NCBI RefSeq assembly: GCF_036588685.1
Contig: NC_086383.1
Span: 60,760,001 to 60,824,000 of the forward strand
DNA: 64,000 bases
DNA from: Mytilus trossulus
Taxonomy: Eukaryota
Direction: 5' to 3'
Positions 52,149 to 64,000 of the stretch are shown one piece after another (the stretch's first letter is position 1; each line of letters opens with the position of its first letter). The notes below the pieces were generated by a model. The model did no database searches, was not told the origin of the DNA, and saw nothing but the letters and a program-made list of their open reading frames with translations. The position numbers were made by a program, and so were the translations under genes.

Positions 52149-52233
52149 TAGTACATTTACCAGATTTGAGAATGATATCATCAATAGCAATGTCACCCTG
52201 GCCATCTGGCTCCACCGTCGCTGTAATGCTGAT
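52149..52233 (-). CDS. MAM domain C-terminal exon (ISITATVEPDGQGDIAIDDIILKSGKCT)
   Basis: Acceptor ttatgttatag, donor gtaagt; canonical GDIAIDDI..G.C motif. Confidence 0.85.
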
Positions 52234-52649
52234 CTATAACATAAAACATTTGTGAATGGTATTGCAATACACTGACACAAACTAAATTAAATATGTTGGT
52301 ACTTATTTTTCACTTTTACGTTTTATATAAAAACTTTTTTAGATATATTGTTAATTGTAATTTTTTTTTTTTACATTGAGAAAAATTTACCTTAATATTT
52401 AATTTATTTTCTGTATGGCTTTAATTCATACGTGATCTTGATCTTCTTTGTTTTGTTTAAAAGAATTAACAATATATACCAATATATTTTACTGAATTTG
52501 AGATATCAAGTTACAATATTAATCAAATACAGTGAATAATTTTAGTGATATCACGACGAAAGACATCATGGAACAATAAAAAAAGTAATGCAGTGAACAT
52601 ATCTGTGAAACATTTTTTTTAAATATCGATCAGCAGGCTCTTCATGGAT

Positions 52650-54012
52650 ACACATTACTTACCAATTGATAATTTAATTGGGGTATATCAAGTAACACAA
52701 TACTTACCAATTGATAATTTAATTGGGGTATATCAAGTTACACAATACTTACCAATTGATAATTTAATTGGGGTATATCAAGTTACACAATACTTACCAA
52801 TTGATAATTTATTGGGGTATATCAAGTTACATAATACTTACAGGATGATAACTAAAGTGTGATATGTAAAGTTACACAATACTACCAGGATGGTACATAA
52901 AGTGTTGTTTATCAAGTTACACAAAACTTACAGGATGATAACTAAAGTGTAATATGTCAAGTTACACAATACTTACAAGATGATAACTAAAGTGTTGTTT
53001 GTCAAGTTACACAATACTTACAAGATGATAACTAAAGTGTGGTATGTCAAGTTACATAATACTTACAGGATGATAACTAAAGTGTGGTATGTCAAGTTAC
53101 ACAATACTTACAAGATGATAACTAAAGTGTTGTTTGTCAAGTTACACAATACTTACAAGATGATAACTAAAGTGTGGTATATCAAGTTACACAATACTTA
53201 CAGGAAGATAACTTAAGTGTGATATGTCAAGTTACACAATACTACCAGGATGGTACATAAAGTGTTGTTTATCAAGTTACACAAAACTTACAGGATGATA
53301 ACTAAAGTGTAATATGTCAAGTTACACAATACTTACAAGACGATAACTAAAGTGTGGTATGTCAAGTTACACAATACTTACAAGATGATAACTAAAGTGT
53401 TGTTTGTCAAGTTACACAATACTTACAAGATGATAACTAAAGTGTGGTATGTCAAGTTACATAATACTTACAGGATGACAACTAAAGAGTGGTCTAGCAA
53501 GTTACACAATACTGACAAGATGATAACTAAAGTGTGGTATATCAAGTTACACAATAGTAACAGGATGATAACTTAAGTCTGGTATGTCAAGTTACATAAT
53601 ACTTACAGGATGATAACTAAAGAGTGGTTTGTCAAGTTACATAATACTTACAGGATGATAACCAAAGAGTGGTATAACAAGCTACACAATACTTACAAGA
53701 TGATAACAAAAGTTTGGTATGTCAAGTTACACAATAGTAACAGGATGATAACTTAAGTCTTGTATGTCAAGTTACATAATACTTACAGGATGATTACTAA
53801 AGAGTGGTTTATCAAGTTACATAATACTTACAGGATGATAACCAAAGAGTGGTATAACAAGCTACACAATACTTACAAGATGATAACTAAAGTTTGGTAT
53901 GTCAAGTTACACAATAGTAACAGGATGATAACTTAAGTCTTGTATGTCAAGTTACATAATACTTACAGGATGATTACTAAAGAGTGCTTTGTTAAGTTAC
54001 ATAAAACTTATA
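52650..54012. repeat. 45-bp minisatellite (~30 copies, two subtypes, 360-bp and 180-bp higher-order periods) in a MAM-gene intron
   Basis: Unit TCAAGTTACACAATACTTACAAGATGATAACTAAAGTGTGGTATG. Block at 52861 recurs at 53221; periodicity at 53581/53761/53941. Confidence 0.92.
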
Positions 54013-54735
54013 GAAGAGGGACGAAAGATACCAAAGGGACAGTCAAACACGTAAATCTAAAACAAACTGACAACGCCATGGCTAAAAATGAAAAAGACAA
54101 ACAGAAAAACAAAAGTACACATGACACAACATAGAAAACTAAAGAATATAGGATGCTTTAAAGAGTGATATGTTAAGTTACACAATACTTGCAACATGGT
54201 TAGGGAATTGTTGAAAGTCTACCAAAGCAGTTAGTAACATAATACTTACATTTAAACGGCAACATGACATACTTTGATAGTAATATCTGCTTAAGGATGT
54301 ATTTAGGTGAGGATTTGTGGAACTTAAAAATCAAGAATTTCAAATTGATACCTTAAGTCAGAATAGCGATAGTTAAGGAACAAACTAAGCTAAAATATCT
54401 ATAGGTCATGGAGCTCCTTTTCGAGATAACTATTTTTTTTAAATGGCGGGAAAAAGCTAGCTTGGACTTTTACCTTATTTTACATTGGTATTATTTTGGT
54501 CTCGAATCAATAGAAAAAAAAATATAAATTTACTTAAATTTAGAGCAAATTACCTTTATGGCCTATTAAGTCTATATAAAAAGACAAATTGGTGTGAAAG
54601 GTTATTTTACATTGTATTGTATGAAAGAAAACGAAGGAGTCTGAACATTTGATATAATTTCCAAAACCTCACATAAGTACATGCTTAACTCTTATTGTTC
54701 ATACATTAGTTATTAATGAGTCGTAGTATACATAC

Positions 54736-54914
54736 ACGAAGATTACTTTGTTGTGGGATAGTTATGGTAGCAGTTTTCCAAGATTCAGGGTTAGGTTGCT
54801 GTCCTCATTTATACCATATTCTACCTGGAGGTGTTTTATCTCCTACAAATACACTCAAAGTTCCTAAAGCTGGTCCGTTCATATGGTACTGGAAGGACAG
54901 ACACCAAGGACAGG
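54736..54914 (-). CDS. MAM domain exon with in-frame TGA
   Basis: ACPWCLSFQYHMNGPALGTLSVFVGDKTPPGRIWYK*GQQPNPESWKTATITIPQQSNLR; acceptor ttttttccag, donor gtatgt. Confidence 0.85.
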
Positions 54915-55756
54915 CTGGAAAAAATCAGTTAATGATCAATAGACTGAAATGACATCAATGAGACATGAAATTAAGATTTGAAGAATGCAATATTATTCAT
55001 GTGCCTATTTTGATTACTTTTTCTTTCATCTTAAAGGTAATTTCCCATCGGTAGATGGTTTTAAAGTGGCATTAGCTACTAGTTCGATTTGAAATTAAAT
55101 ATACGTTGTGTTCTTCTTTCAGAAATTTACCATGTTTACTGAAGTGGTATAATTATGCTGTATTGTAAAATTGACGTCTGGCGTAACTGACGTATAATTG
55201 AAAATCAAATTGCAGAAGCTTTTTTATAAGAATACGAAGTCTATAAAAAGGACCAATGCAACCAGTTAATTCAATACTAGTAACCTAGATTATGTTTGTT
55301 AAATCATGTCAGTACCGAAGTAATTATATGGCCTTCAAAATACCGTTTTGATTCATTACATCTCTAAAGATATTTTAATTGTCGAAATTCGGATATGATG
55401 TACCAGTTTTTTTGCACCTCATGTTTGCAGTATATTTTTTGCTGAAGTTTATCATGTGCTATTTGTTTTCTGTTTGGTGTAAAATTGATAATTAGGAACG
55501 TTTCGTTATTCTGGTGATCCGTTTATTGGCAATCGAAATGGCAATCAGCAGGATTTAAGAACATCCGTGCGTATAAAAATTGTGGTTTTTATTCGACAAA
55601 ATTATAAGTTTGAACGTTTTGATGCTTATAAATTCATTCACAGAAAACAGCGATTTAATATTACTCAACAAAATAACAACCTACAAAATGTTAAACAATT
55701 TGTGTTAAACCATTCAAATAAATGATTTACAAACACAGAAATTATTACGTTGCGTA

Positions 55757-57200
55757 ATCACTGATATTAAACTGATAGACGTCACTGGAATTAGGACTAT
55801 CCCAACATTGCGACGGCAGATATAGGTAATATCTTTATAGTCATTTTTCTCAAATGTAACATTCTTTTGTCAATTGTTACTCAGCTGCAAGGTTTTTTCT
55901 ATCAATTACACCATATTTGAATCGAAAAGGTGCAATAGAATTGTCTAAAGGCTTTATTAAGGGGCCAGCTGAAGGACGTTGCCGGATGGAGGAATTACTC
56001 GTTGCATTGAAGACCTGTTGGTGACCTTCTGCTGTTGTCTGCTCTATGGTCGGGTTGTTGTCTCTTTGGAACATTCCCCATTTCCATTCACAATTTTATA
56101 GGTTACAATACACCATTAGATTGTATGGGCGCAGCCATTTTATGAGCACAACATGGTATTCAGAATTAAGAGTATGGGTTATCCTAATTGGTTGATATGT
56201 GCGCCCTTAAATTTGTATTATTAGAGACTTCGTGCATTTTATCATAGGCAAACATATTTTTTTTCCTTAGCCCTAACAGAAATGACATTCTTTTCAATGG
56301 TAGGACGAGACACGTTTTTGAAGTGCAAAGTTGATATGCATGGGAGATAAGTACAAAATACGTTAAGAAAAGCAACGCGAACCTATATTTTTTGGATCAA
56401 AAATTACTCTCCGAATAACTTTTCTCCAATTCTAGCAAAGTTTTGTTAAAAAAAATCGACTTTTTAAAGTCTGTACCACAAAAAAGACTATCATTGTCGC
56501 CTATGATAACTTAATTGTTTATTTCAATCGGTATGTTAGGACGTTTTGTTAAACAGTGTGGATGGCAAAGGATCTAGAATAGTTTATTGTTACTATTAAA
56601 ATTCATAAATTTAAAATTGCCTCTTCGCTCATTCCCTTTTTTTGGTGACATTCCTAGTTCTTGGAAATTTCTGTATTCTAACATAGTTCGTGTTTTCCCC
56701 AATTCCAAGTGTCCCGAAGCTTGCGGTTCATTCTTTCAATTTTATGATATACTAGTACGTAGCTGTTTTCATTCAAACTATTATTCATACATGAACAAAA
56801 AAGAATGTCATAAGATGTTGGAACGATTTCGTGATTAATTCATCACCATAATTTTATCGTATGCTCTCAGATATACGTTTCAGTGTCAATAACAATAAAA
56901 CACTATCCAGTTACGATTAGCCTCTCATTTTTAAATACCATAATTATGATTATCTTTTTCCCGAGTTACGATTACTATCCCGAACTTTTCAACAGCAATT
57001 TTCAAAGAGCTTAGACAATTTCAGAGCACCGTTACGATTCAAATATGATGTAAGGGTATAGAAAAACCTTGCAGCTGAGTAACTTTTGACAACAGAAATG
57101 CTTCATTTGAGAAAAATGACTGTACAAATTTTACCCATATCTGCCGTCGCCATATTGGGATAGTCGTAATTCCAGTTACGGTTTAATACCAGTGGTAATT
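55757..57200. mobile_element. Aged DNA transposon remnant with ~120-150-bp inverted termini and a nested SINE
   Basis: CTGGAATTAGGACTATCCCAA...TTACTCAGCTGCAAGGTTTTTTCTAT (55785-55902) is mirrored at ~57058-57175. Confidence 0.65.
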
Positions 57201-58339
57201 AAGGCTTGGACTTTATACCGACGCGAAAAATCTCTAGGACAAATATCCTTAAAGATTTATAATAAAATTCGCAAATAAACTGATTAAATCATTTTTTCTA
57301 TGAATAGCAAACTGTACTGCCACCAAATCATTAATTTACAGAAAAGTCAGAAAATTGAGTGTTCCTAGTTCAGGCGACAATCCTATAGAACACATTAATC
57401 CACACAAAAATGGAACTCCCATATTAAAAACCAAATAAAACCCCCACCAAAAAAAACAATGACAAAAGAAAACTGCAATGTATACGTACTTTACGACCCA
57501 TTTAAACAATTAGCAATAAAGCAGAAAAACAACAACATTACAGTAGTTGAAGATAACAACGACTACGCCAATGAGGGTGAAGGTTAGTCAAACGACGAAA
57601 TAGACTATATTGAAAAACTAGAAATCAGCATGAAAATAGCATGATTTAAATTAATAGAATTGTATACAACATGAACAACGACAGCTACTTAGACTAAATA
57701 ATATAATTTAATTAAATGAAAATTAAATTTATTTATTGAATTAATATATACATGTATAGGACTCGACAAATCGAGTCATCCTTTACTCTTATTATGATAA
57801 TTTGAGCATGTGATAGCTAAGTAGTAAAAGTCCGTGCAATTTAACGGTCACTTTTACATTAAAAACCGAACGGAGAGGACGCTAAAAAATTAAGACCAGT
57901 CCGCTCCCAGCCTAATAAATTGAACTTTGTTTGCTACTGGTTTTAATTATTTTTCAAAGGATCCAGTCTTCATACAAATATCCGTCATGGTAACATGCTG
58001 AAGCACAGTCACAAAACCGGAGCGAAATTTTATTCATGTTATGCAGACTATGAATAGCCCAGGTGCTTCTTCTGAAATATTGCTATATGGATCGCCCTTC
58101 ATTACACCAGCATTGGATCGCCCAGCTGTGATACAATGATTAGTTCAATCGTATTGTTGTTGTTTGAATGAATTTTGATTAAATGTTGCTATGACAATTC
58201 AATATTCAAACAAAATCAGTTATTTGGTGTAGTAAAATACAAATCAAGGCATCAATGGCGTCTGTTCGTCAATTCTGATATTTGGTTAATTTACAAAAAG
58301 TGATAACTTGGATCAAATGATATATTCAATAATATCGAA

Positions 58340-58560
58340 ATACATCAAATACGAAAACCAATATATAAAAACACCCTTTGCCTACTTTCTGCCTACAATC
58401 CATAAACTGGATAATGAAATATGTAAGACGTATATGAAAAACAAACTGAAAATATATTCCAAGAACCAGCAAGTCGTATCATTTCACATTGCAACTTTCA
58501 GTTAAAAAAAATCGAACAATAGTTGGAATTCTACTTATTACCTATCGTTAAAACACGAAC
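58340..58560 (+). mobile_element. Short Penelope-like RT fragment
   Basis: KTPFAYFLPTIHKL resembles the conserved Y.LPKIHK motif; degenerate downstream. Confidence 0.45.
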
Positions 58561-59206
58561 GACTATTTATAAAAAAGATTTGTATATACTTTTATTCTTG
58601 GGTATCAATTTATGATCGTTGACATCCATTTATTTTATAAAATCATTGAGCTTATATCATGTCATTTTAAATGAGTATAAACTTTGTAAACCAGTAACCT
58701 CAATATCTTTTACTCCACTCTTACTCACTAAAACCTGTTTAACGGGACAGAATGATGTCCAATACTAACTTATAGAATAGAAATACTTGGTAATAATAAT
58801 CAACTTTAATATATTTAATCTAAAATATTGTGAGGTACTCTTATTGGTTTTATCAAAAAACCTTTTGAATCCTTGGTTGCTTTTTGCATGATGTTAAGGT
58901 ATTATTGATAGCTGATATACAATTTTTATGAGTTTTTTTTCTCTCTAACCAAGACATTTACTTCGGCATATTTTTGTACTTACAAATAATACATAAATCG
59001 AAACCCATTTTAATAGAGAAGAAAACTTTTACAAAAAACCTGTTTAAGAGGCGACCATGTCAATCCCAAACATTCTTCTAAAGTCTAGTTATAACCTTCA
59101 TACCTTCAGCATGTCCAGGTAGTCTGTTATTTCGTGAACAACAAGTAAAATGAAAACAACAAAATAACTGGGAAAATACAATAACCAGTTATTATGAAAG
59201 TCCTAC

Positions 59207-59336
59207 CTTGAAAGTTTGTACCATCTGTATCGAGTATAGCCCATAATTCATCAGGTTTTCCGGTTGTCTCTAAGAACATGTAGTATATCCCCTCGACTGC
59301 TGATGTGGGACCAGTGCCATTGGTAGGGGTAGAACC
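59207..59336 (-). CDS. MAM domain exon (GSTPTNGTGPTSAVEGIYYMFLETTGKPDELWAILDTDGTNFQ)
   Basis: Acceptor gtcgctttag, donor AAG|gtagga; phase 0 in, phase 1 out. Confidence 0.85.
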
Positions 59337-60279
59337 CTAAAGCGACAACATTAAAAACATAAAAACCAAAAAAATTAGTATGTATTTTTATCCACGTTCA
59401 TTGCATTATTTGCAAAAACACATGTTGAAGGTGTACCTTATCTTAGAACTTAGAACTTAGAAACTAGCAATCATTGTAAATTTTAAAAGAGGGACGACAG
59501 ATACCAGAGGGGCAGTCACATTCATGAAAGGGACGGGGATTGTAGTTACGACGTAAGGAACATATCCGATATCATCTTTGAAACGGTTATTTCATAACAG
59601 TCAACCAACTCGTGATGGCGTCCGTAAAATTTACGAAGGTATAATTTCAATTTCACCATTAGAACTCTTGTAATTTGTGAATCTATCCAAAACTGCTTTT
59701 TAAAAATTGTATGTTATTTTGTAATTTAATAGATTGAACAATCTAAAAAATATGCAACCGATTAACACGTTATAACCCTTTAAAATTACAAAAATAAGCA
59801 TACAATTGATTTATTGAAAAAATCAAATGTTAATACCAGAACCATTAAAGTGCATGTTAAATTAAGCTTCGTTTATTTTTCTTTACATTGTTTTAATGCT
59901 GACACCAATAACTCGGGCAGTCATAGGTTTTTCGATAGATGCTGAAATAAAATTGTAATTTTGGTATGCCTATGCCATTCAAAATTACGGAATCATATGA
60001 AACTTTAGAATAAAAGGAATAAAAGGATATGAGGCGTATATACCATGGACTCACATATTTCAATTTAAAACATACTCTCACACTTAGATGACCCCTTTGT
60101 CTATCTGAATACGGTCAGATGAAACTACCCGATTCTAATGCAAATGACATGTTGCAGATCCAAAGTATGCCTTGATTGATTAATCATGTAAATTTTCTTT
60201 GTGAAATAAGATCGATAAAAATCACATCTTAACCATTAATATGTCAATTTAATATAATTCGTTATTTACACTTAGACAC

Positions 60280-60995
60280 ACGCTATTTGTTAAATGAGTA
60301 TCTATATTTACAGATTTTGACATACCTAACGTCATCACGTAAAAACGACGAATCAAAGAATTCAACTTTATATATATCTAATATAGTACAAAGGTGTTGA
60401 TTAAAAATTACACCCCTCCAGGCCCTTTTGTTTTCCACGTAATTAATATTGCCAATAATTAAGAAGTTCCGGGTCGAGTCCGATACCGATACCAATAGTA
60501 TATTCACCTGTTACCTATTACCTTATCTGTACGTTCCGCATCTGACAGGCGCACCAACAAACGGTGTATTCAGAATTATTATGCTATATACACGGGTCAT
60601 TATCACAGGGTTGACACTACTAAATTGTCAAATTGTTACCTATTGTAGTATTTTAATCAGACTTTCTAAGATAGCAATACGAATACTAAAAATAGATTTA
60701 GCGGGCATGACGTAAAACAGCGAATCAAAGAATTCAACTTTATTTATAACTAATATAGAACAATGCTGTTGATTAAAAAATACTTTTGTTTTCCAAATAA
60801 TTGATATTACCAATAATTGATAAGTTCCAGTTCGACGGGTTCAAACAGAAAGATTTGAAAGCAGAGAAAACTGTGTATCTTATAATCGGCATGATCTTTA
60901 TCAGATGACAATACTAATACTAAAATAAGGCTTGCGCATAGTAATATACTTTAATTCAGGCACGGACCCGCGATATCACGGGTGTGTTCTAGTAG
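60280..60995 (-). mobile_element. Interspersed repeat (probable Helentron-type) with internal duplication
   Basis: Terminal ACTAGAACACACCC motif (minus strand) is also seen at ~21981. CGAATCAAAGAATTCAACTTTAT is duplicated at ~60348 and ~60721. Confidence 0.4.
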
Positions 60996-62568
60996 ATATG
61001 AAATGTGCAAAGAATTATACAACTGTATACCCAATAAAAGGTATCAAACCACTTATTCAGGCCCGGTCGGAAAGAACATACAAGAAAGTAATACATATTC
61101 TAAACAATGTATGTCCTACACATAGCTGTATCACTGTCAATAGGTTAAATATTTAAATAGTTTTTTGGTATCAATTGAAAGCTTGAGGATTACAGAAGAA
61201 CCCTTGTTGAAAGTTTCTTGTGATTATTTAAAAAGTATATAAAACTATGATAAGAAGGGACATTTGCCCTGTTGTTCAGATAACGAGTACCTGTTTTGTT
61301 GATTTTTTCATCACAAGTCAGGAAAAGGTATAGTTTTGACATGAAATGATTGCCATTTTATTTGAACTTCAGAAAAAGTTGCCATTAATGCTTGAAATTG
61401 CATATTTCAACATAAAAGGCCAAGGGGCTATACATTATTGGTTTTATACCATAATTTAGTAACCGTACCACGTTTTTCTTACTGTAACAGTTGTTAACAA
61501 TGTCGCGATGACCTTAACCTATGGCCATGTTAACTCATGATCGATTGTGGTCTTTTTTTGTAATTACACCTCGTAAGCTCACAGGTTATGTTCATTCTCA
61601 GTCAAGTAAAGTCATTCTCTTGCTTATAAGTAACTATAAATATCATTGAAATCTTTTGTTCTAGATTTGCATGTTCAAACCAGATTCGGTAATTGCGACC
61701 ACTTTTATCGTCATTGAATATGAGTATTCATTTTCTACTGAGTATCCAATTTTCTCTCCATTTGTTCTGTATCTTTTAATCTATTAAAGTTCTGATAGTG
61801 GCGTTTAACATAGATAAACAAATCAACCAATCAACCAATCAAAATGAGTTTTAAAGCCGTTTTGTGCCGAGATAGCATAAAGCAACAAACAACTTAGCAA
61901 TCAGTTTAGATTTTGGTGGGTAGGCATCTAGTTTTTGCATGATTGTACAACCTCATATTCTTTTTATCTAACGCTTATTTGAGTTGTTACAGATAGCAAA
62001 ATACTAATCAAATTGTTTTTTTAATTCGAAAGCACTACCAGTTAGTTTTGAACTTGTGTGTCTAAATATCCATTTGCTATCTCCCTCTCTTTTTAAAACT
62101 ATACATCATATAGAAATGGTCGGGAATTGTACGACTTTTTGTTAAAAATATACTTGTTTTCTGTCGATGGTTCTGTGATTCAGGAATCATTTTTGCTAGA
62201 TTTATTCTACTACTGCTATATTTGATGATTTAATAAGCAGTTAACGTCAAAACAAATAAAATAGCAGTATGAAGACATCATTAAGGACAACGTCGCACTA
62301 TAAACAATCTACCGTAATTGTTTGGTCTTCAATGGGAAAAGTTTAAATCGGATATAGTTTGTATAAATATGTTAATTTCAGATTTAAAATGACGTTGATG
62401 TCGGATGTACTAGTCGCCACTTTCTTTGTCGCCACTTTCTTTGAAGTCGAGAACAAACTATCTATGAAAGAGGAGGAAAACACTTCTCCCTGAATTGTTT
62501 CAAAAACAACTTTTACAGTTCAATATTATTTGCAACATGGCAACATAATATTTTATTCAAACACTTGC

Positions 62569-62746
62569 CTGTGGATTCCTCCTCTTCGCAACATGGCTTT
62601 TCGTTGCAGCATCTGCCCTTTTTAATCCATCCTTGTCCAAACTTTTGTTCACACGTTAGACCTTTTGTTCCACATTTACCATGAGAAGCAAGACATTGTC
62701 TGGTGAGTACTAAAGAGAACAGTACATCGATACAATATGATATCAT
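62569..62746 (-). CDS. Exon encoding a signal peptide and six-Cys defensin-like module; GC-type donor
   Basis: Cys spacing C-x6-C-x13-CC-x4-CC in a Lys/Gly-rich context; ends CAG|gcaagt. The start may instead come from an upstream exon spliced at tctctttag|62709. Confidence 0.7.
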
Positions 62747-64000
62747 TCGCTCTTGTTTATTCAGTTTATGATGTGATACATGTTTTAATACTAAAGATAC
62801 ATGTGCATAAAAGGTAAACAATTCCATTATTGGAAAAGTGCTAAATATTACGGTCAAATTGCTGAAAATTCGGCAGCTATTCTAGCAAAAAGATAGAAAT
62901 ATACGCTCCAAGCTCTAGTATATCTAATTATCGCTATTTTGTGCATTTTTCCTTTGATCCTTTTTTGTGATAATTTTCATATCGTGCTACTCGCTTGAGA
63001 TAAAATAATTATCACTAGAAACTAAGGAGGCCATGTGGCGTTGCTAACGAAATTGACATGAACATGATGAAATTGACAACGTCGTCATAGGTAAAATAGC
63101 GATAAATGGATTATCATTGGTCATCTCAACTCGATTGCTTTTCTCACTTTCGCTGTACCAGCTCAAGCGAGAAAATCAATCTCGTTGAGATGATCAACGA
63201 TAATCTATAATTATCAGATCAAACATGGTAGTTCACAGAATTTTGAGGGAAACATGCGAAAAAATACATCTAAAAAAGAGGATGTTGTATGATTCACAAT
63301 CATATTTTCAATATTACCCACGTAAAATATAGGACATAAAAAAAAAAAATGATATTTTTTAGAAAAGTGTTGATTTTTTATGTGTTATGATATTGTGGTA
63401 TTTATGATTTCTCGAAAACCACACCTCTTATTTTAATCTCCGCTGACGTGGTTTAAAGCTGAAATCAGAATGTAAGTATCTACGTACGTGTTCTTCAATT
63501 ACTACTGTAACACGACACCTTACTTACAAGTAACTTACGAGTTAAAGTTCCATTGACAATTTGTTCGAGTTGTTTATTGTGTGCATACGTATTCATCTAA
63601 ACCGGTTGTTTTTGTTTCTGGTGAAATGTATTGAATTGAATATTAAACGTAAATTGATTAATATTTACTTGAAAAATCTTATTTATCAATGTAAGTATCT
63701 CCAAAAAAAGAGGTTCTGGTAACTTTACAACACTCATACGCATTTCTCTAGTGAGTTTATTGAACATCAACACTTTTCGACTTGAGTTTTTATTCCTTTT
63801 TAAATGTCTCCCAAACTCTTGTGTTAACAAATTTTGTAAACAGTGTATCGGTTGAAAGCAGTCTTGTACGCTAATTATTTTTTGATTTAAATCTGTTAAG
63901 CTTGGTAAACAAATTTCAAAGTTATTTTGCACGTGGACCTTGTTTTGATACTCGCTCCAAATCCCAGCACTGTACATGCAGAAACATAATTGTTTGTGGT

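Larger units (their letters stand above)
52149..62746 (-). pseudogene. Secreted defensin-like (C-C-CC-CC) plus MAM-domain gene, disrupted. Exons 62746-62569, 62461-~62410 (damaged), 59336-59207, 54914-54736, 52233-52149
   Basis: MISYCIDVLFSLVLTRQCLA-SHGKCGTKGLTCEQKFGQGWIKKGRCCNEKPCC. MAM motifs GSTPTNGTGPTSAVEGIYYMFLET, CLSFQYHMNG..LGTLSV and GDIAIDDIILKSGKC lie in phase-compatible exons. In-frame TGA at 54805-54807; the first MAM exon DSLF(c)DF is frameshifted. Confidence 0.75.

Noticed and set aside
52644-54134. 15-aa repeat ORFs
   Set aside because: Products of the 45-bp minisatellite, with stops in several units.
54805-54807. In-frame TGA as possible selenocysteine in the MAM exon
   Set aside because: The position matches the W-x-x-S-G-x-Q motif (likely TCA or AGA to TGA), not a Cys site. 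I recognised no SECIS, and the gene has a second lesion.
59887-59941. Candidate extra exon of the MAM gene (acceptor ttttatttcag on the minus strand)
   Set aside because: The phase does not fit the next exon and the translation has no MAM features.
63597-63977. 126-aa minus-strand ORF at the window end
   Set aside because: No recognisable domain; may be upstream sequence or a TE fragment.

Overview
AT-rich, intron- and repeat-rich animal genomic DNA. It is very probably a bivalve, most likely a Mytilus mussel; this is inferred from the SINE, Penelope-like and ~355-bp hammerhead repeat families. Main content: (1) A + strand multi-exon gene ending in a 4.7-kb exon (30011-34722) that encodes a very large inducible GTPase (GVIN1/VLIG/URGCP family). 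Five small upstream exons (10740-10840, 14486-14515, 21849-21891, 26812-26894, 27771-27860) splice in frame onto it and add a single-pass transmembrane helix with a basic stop-transfer patch. The result is a candidate membrane-anchored or receptor-type giant GTPase whose 5' part was not found in the window. (2) A decayed intronless Toll-like receptor (LRR-LRRCT-TM-TIR) nested antisense in one of its introns. (3) A - strand gene (52149-62746) encoding a signal peptide, a six-cysteine defensin-like module and a MAM domain, apparently pseudogenised. (4) A ~6.7-copy tandem array of a ~355-bp unit carrying a type I hammerhead ribozyme (non-LTR retrozyme). (5) Many mobile elements and repeats: a Tc1 remnant, Penelope-like fragments, MITEs including a composite insertion in a satellite, SINEs, Helentron-like elements, and satellites with higher-order structure. 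All gene models were built by eye from splice signals and reading-frame phase and have no transcript support.
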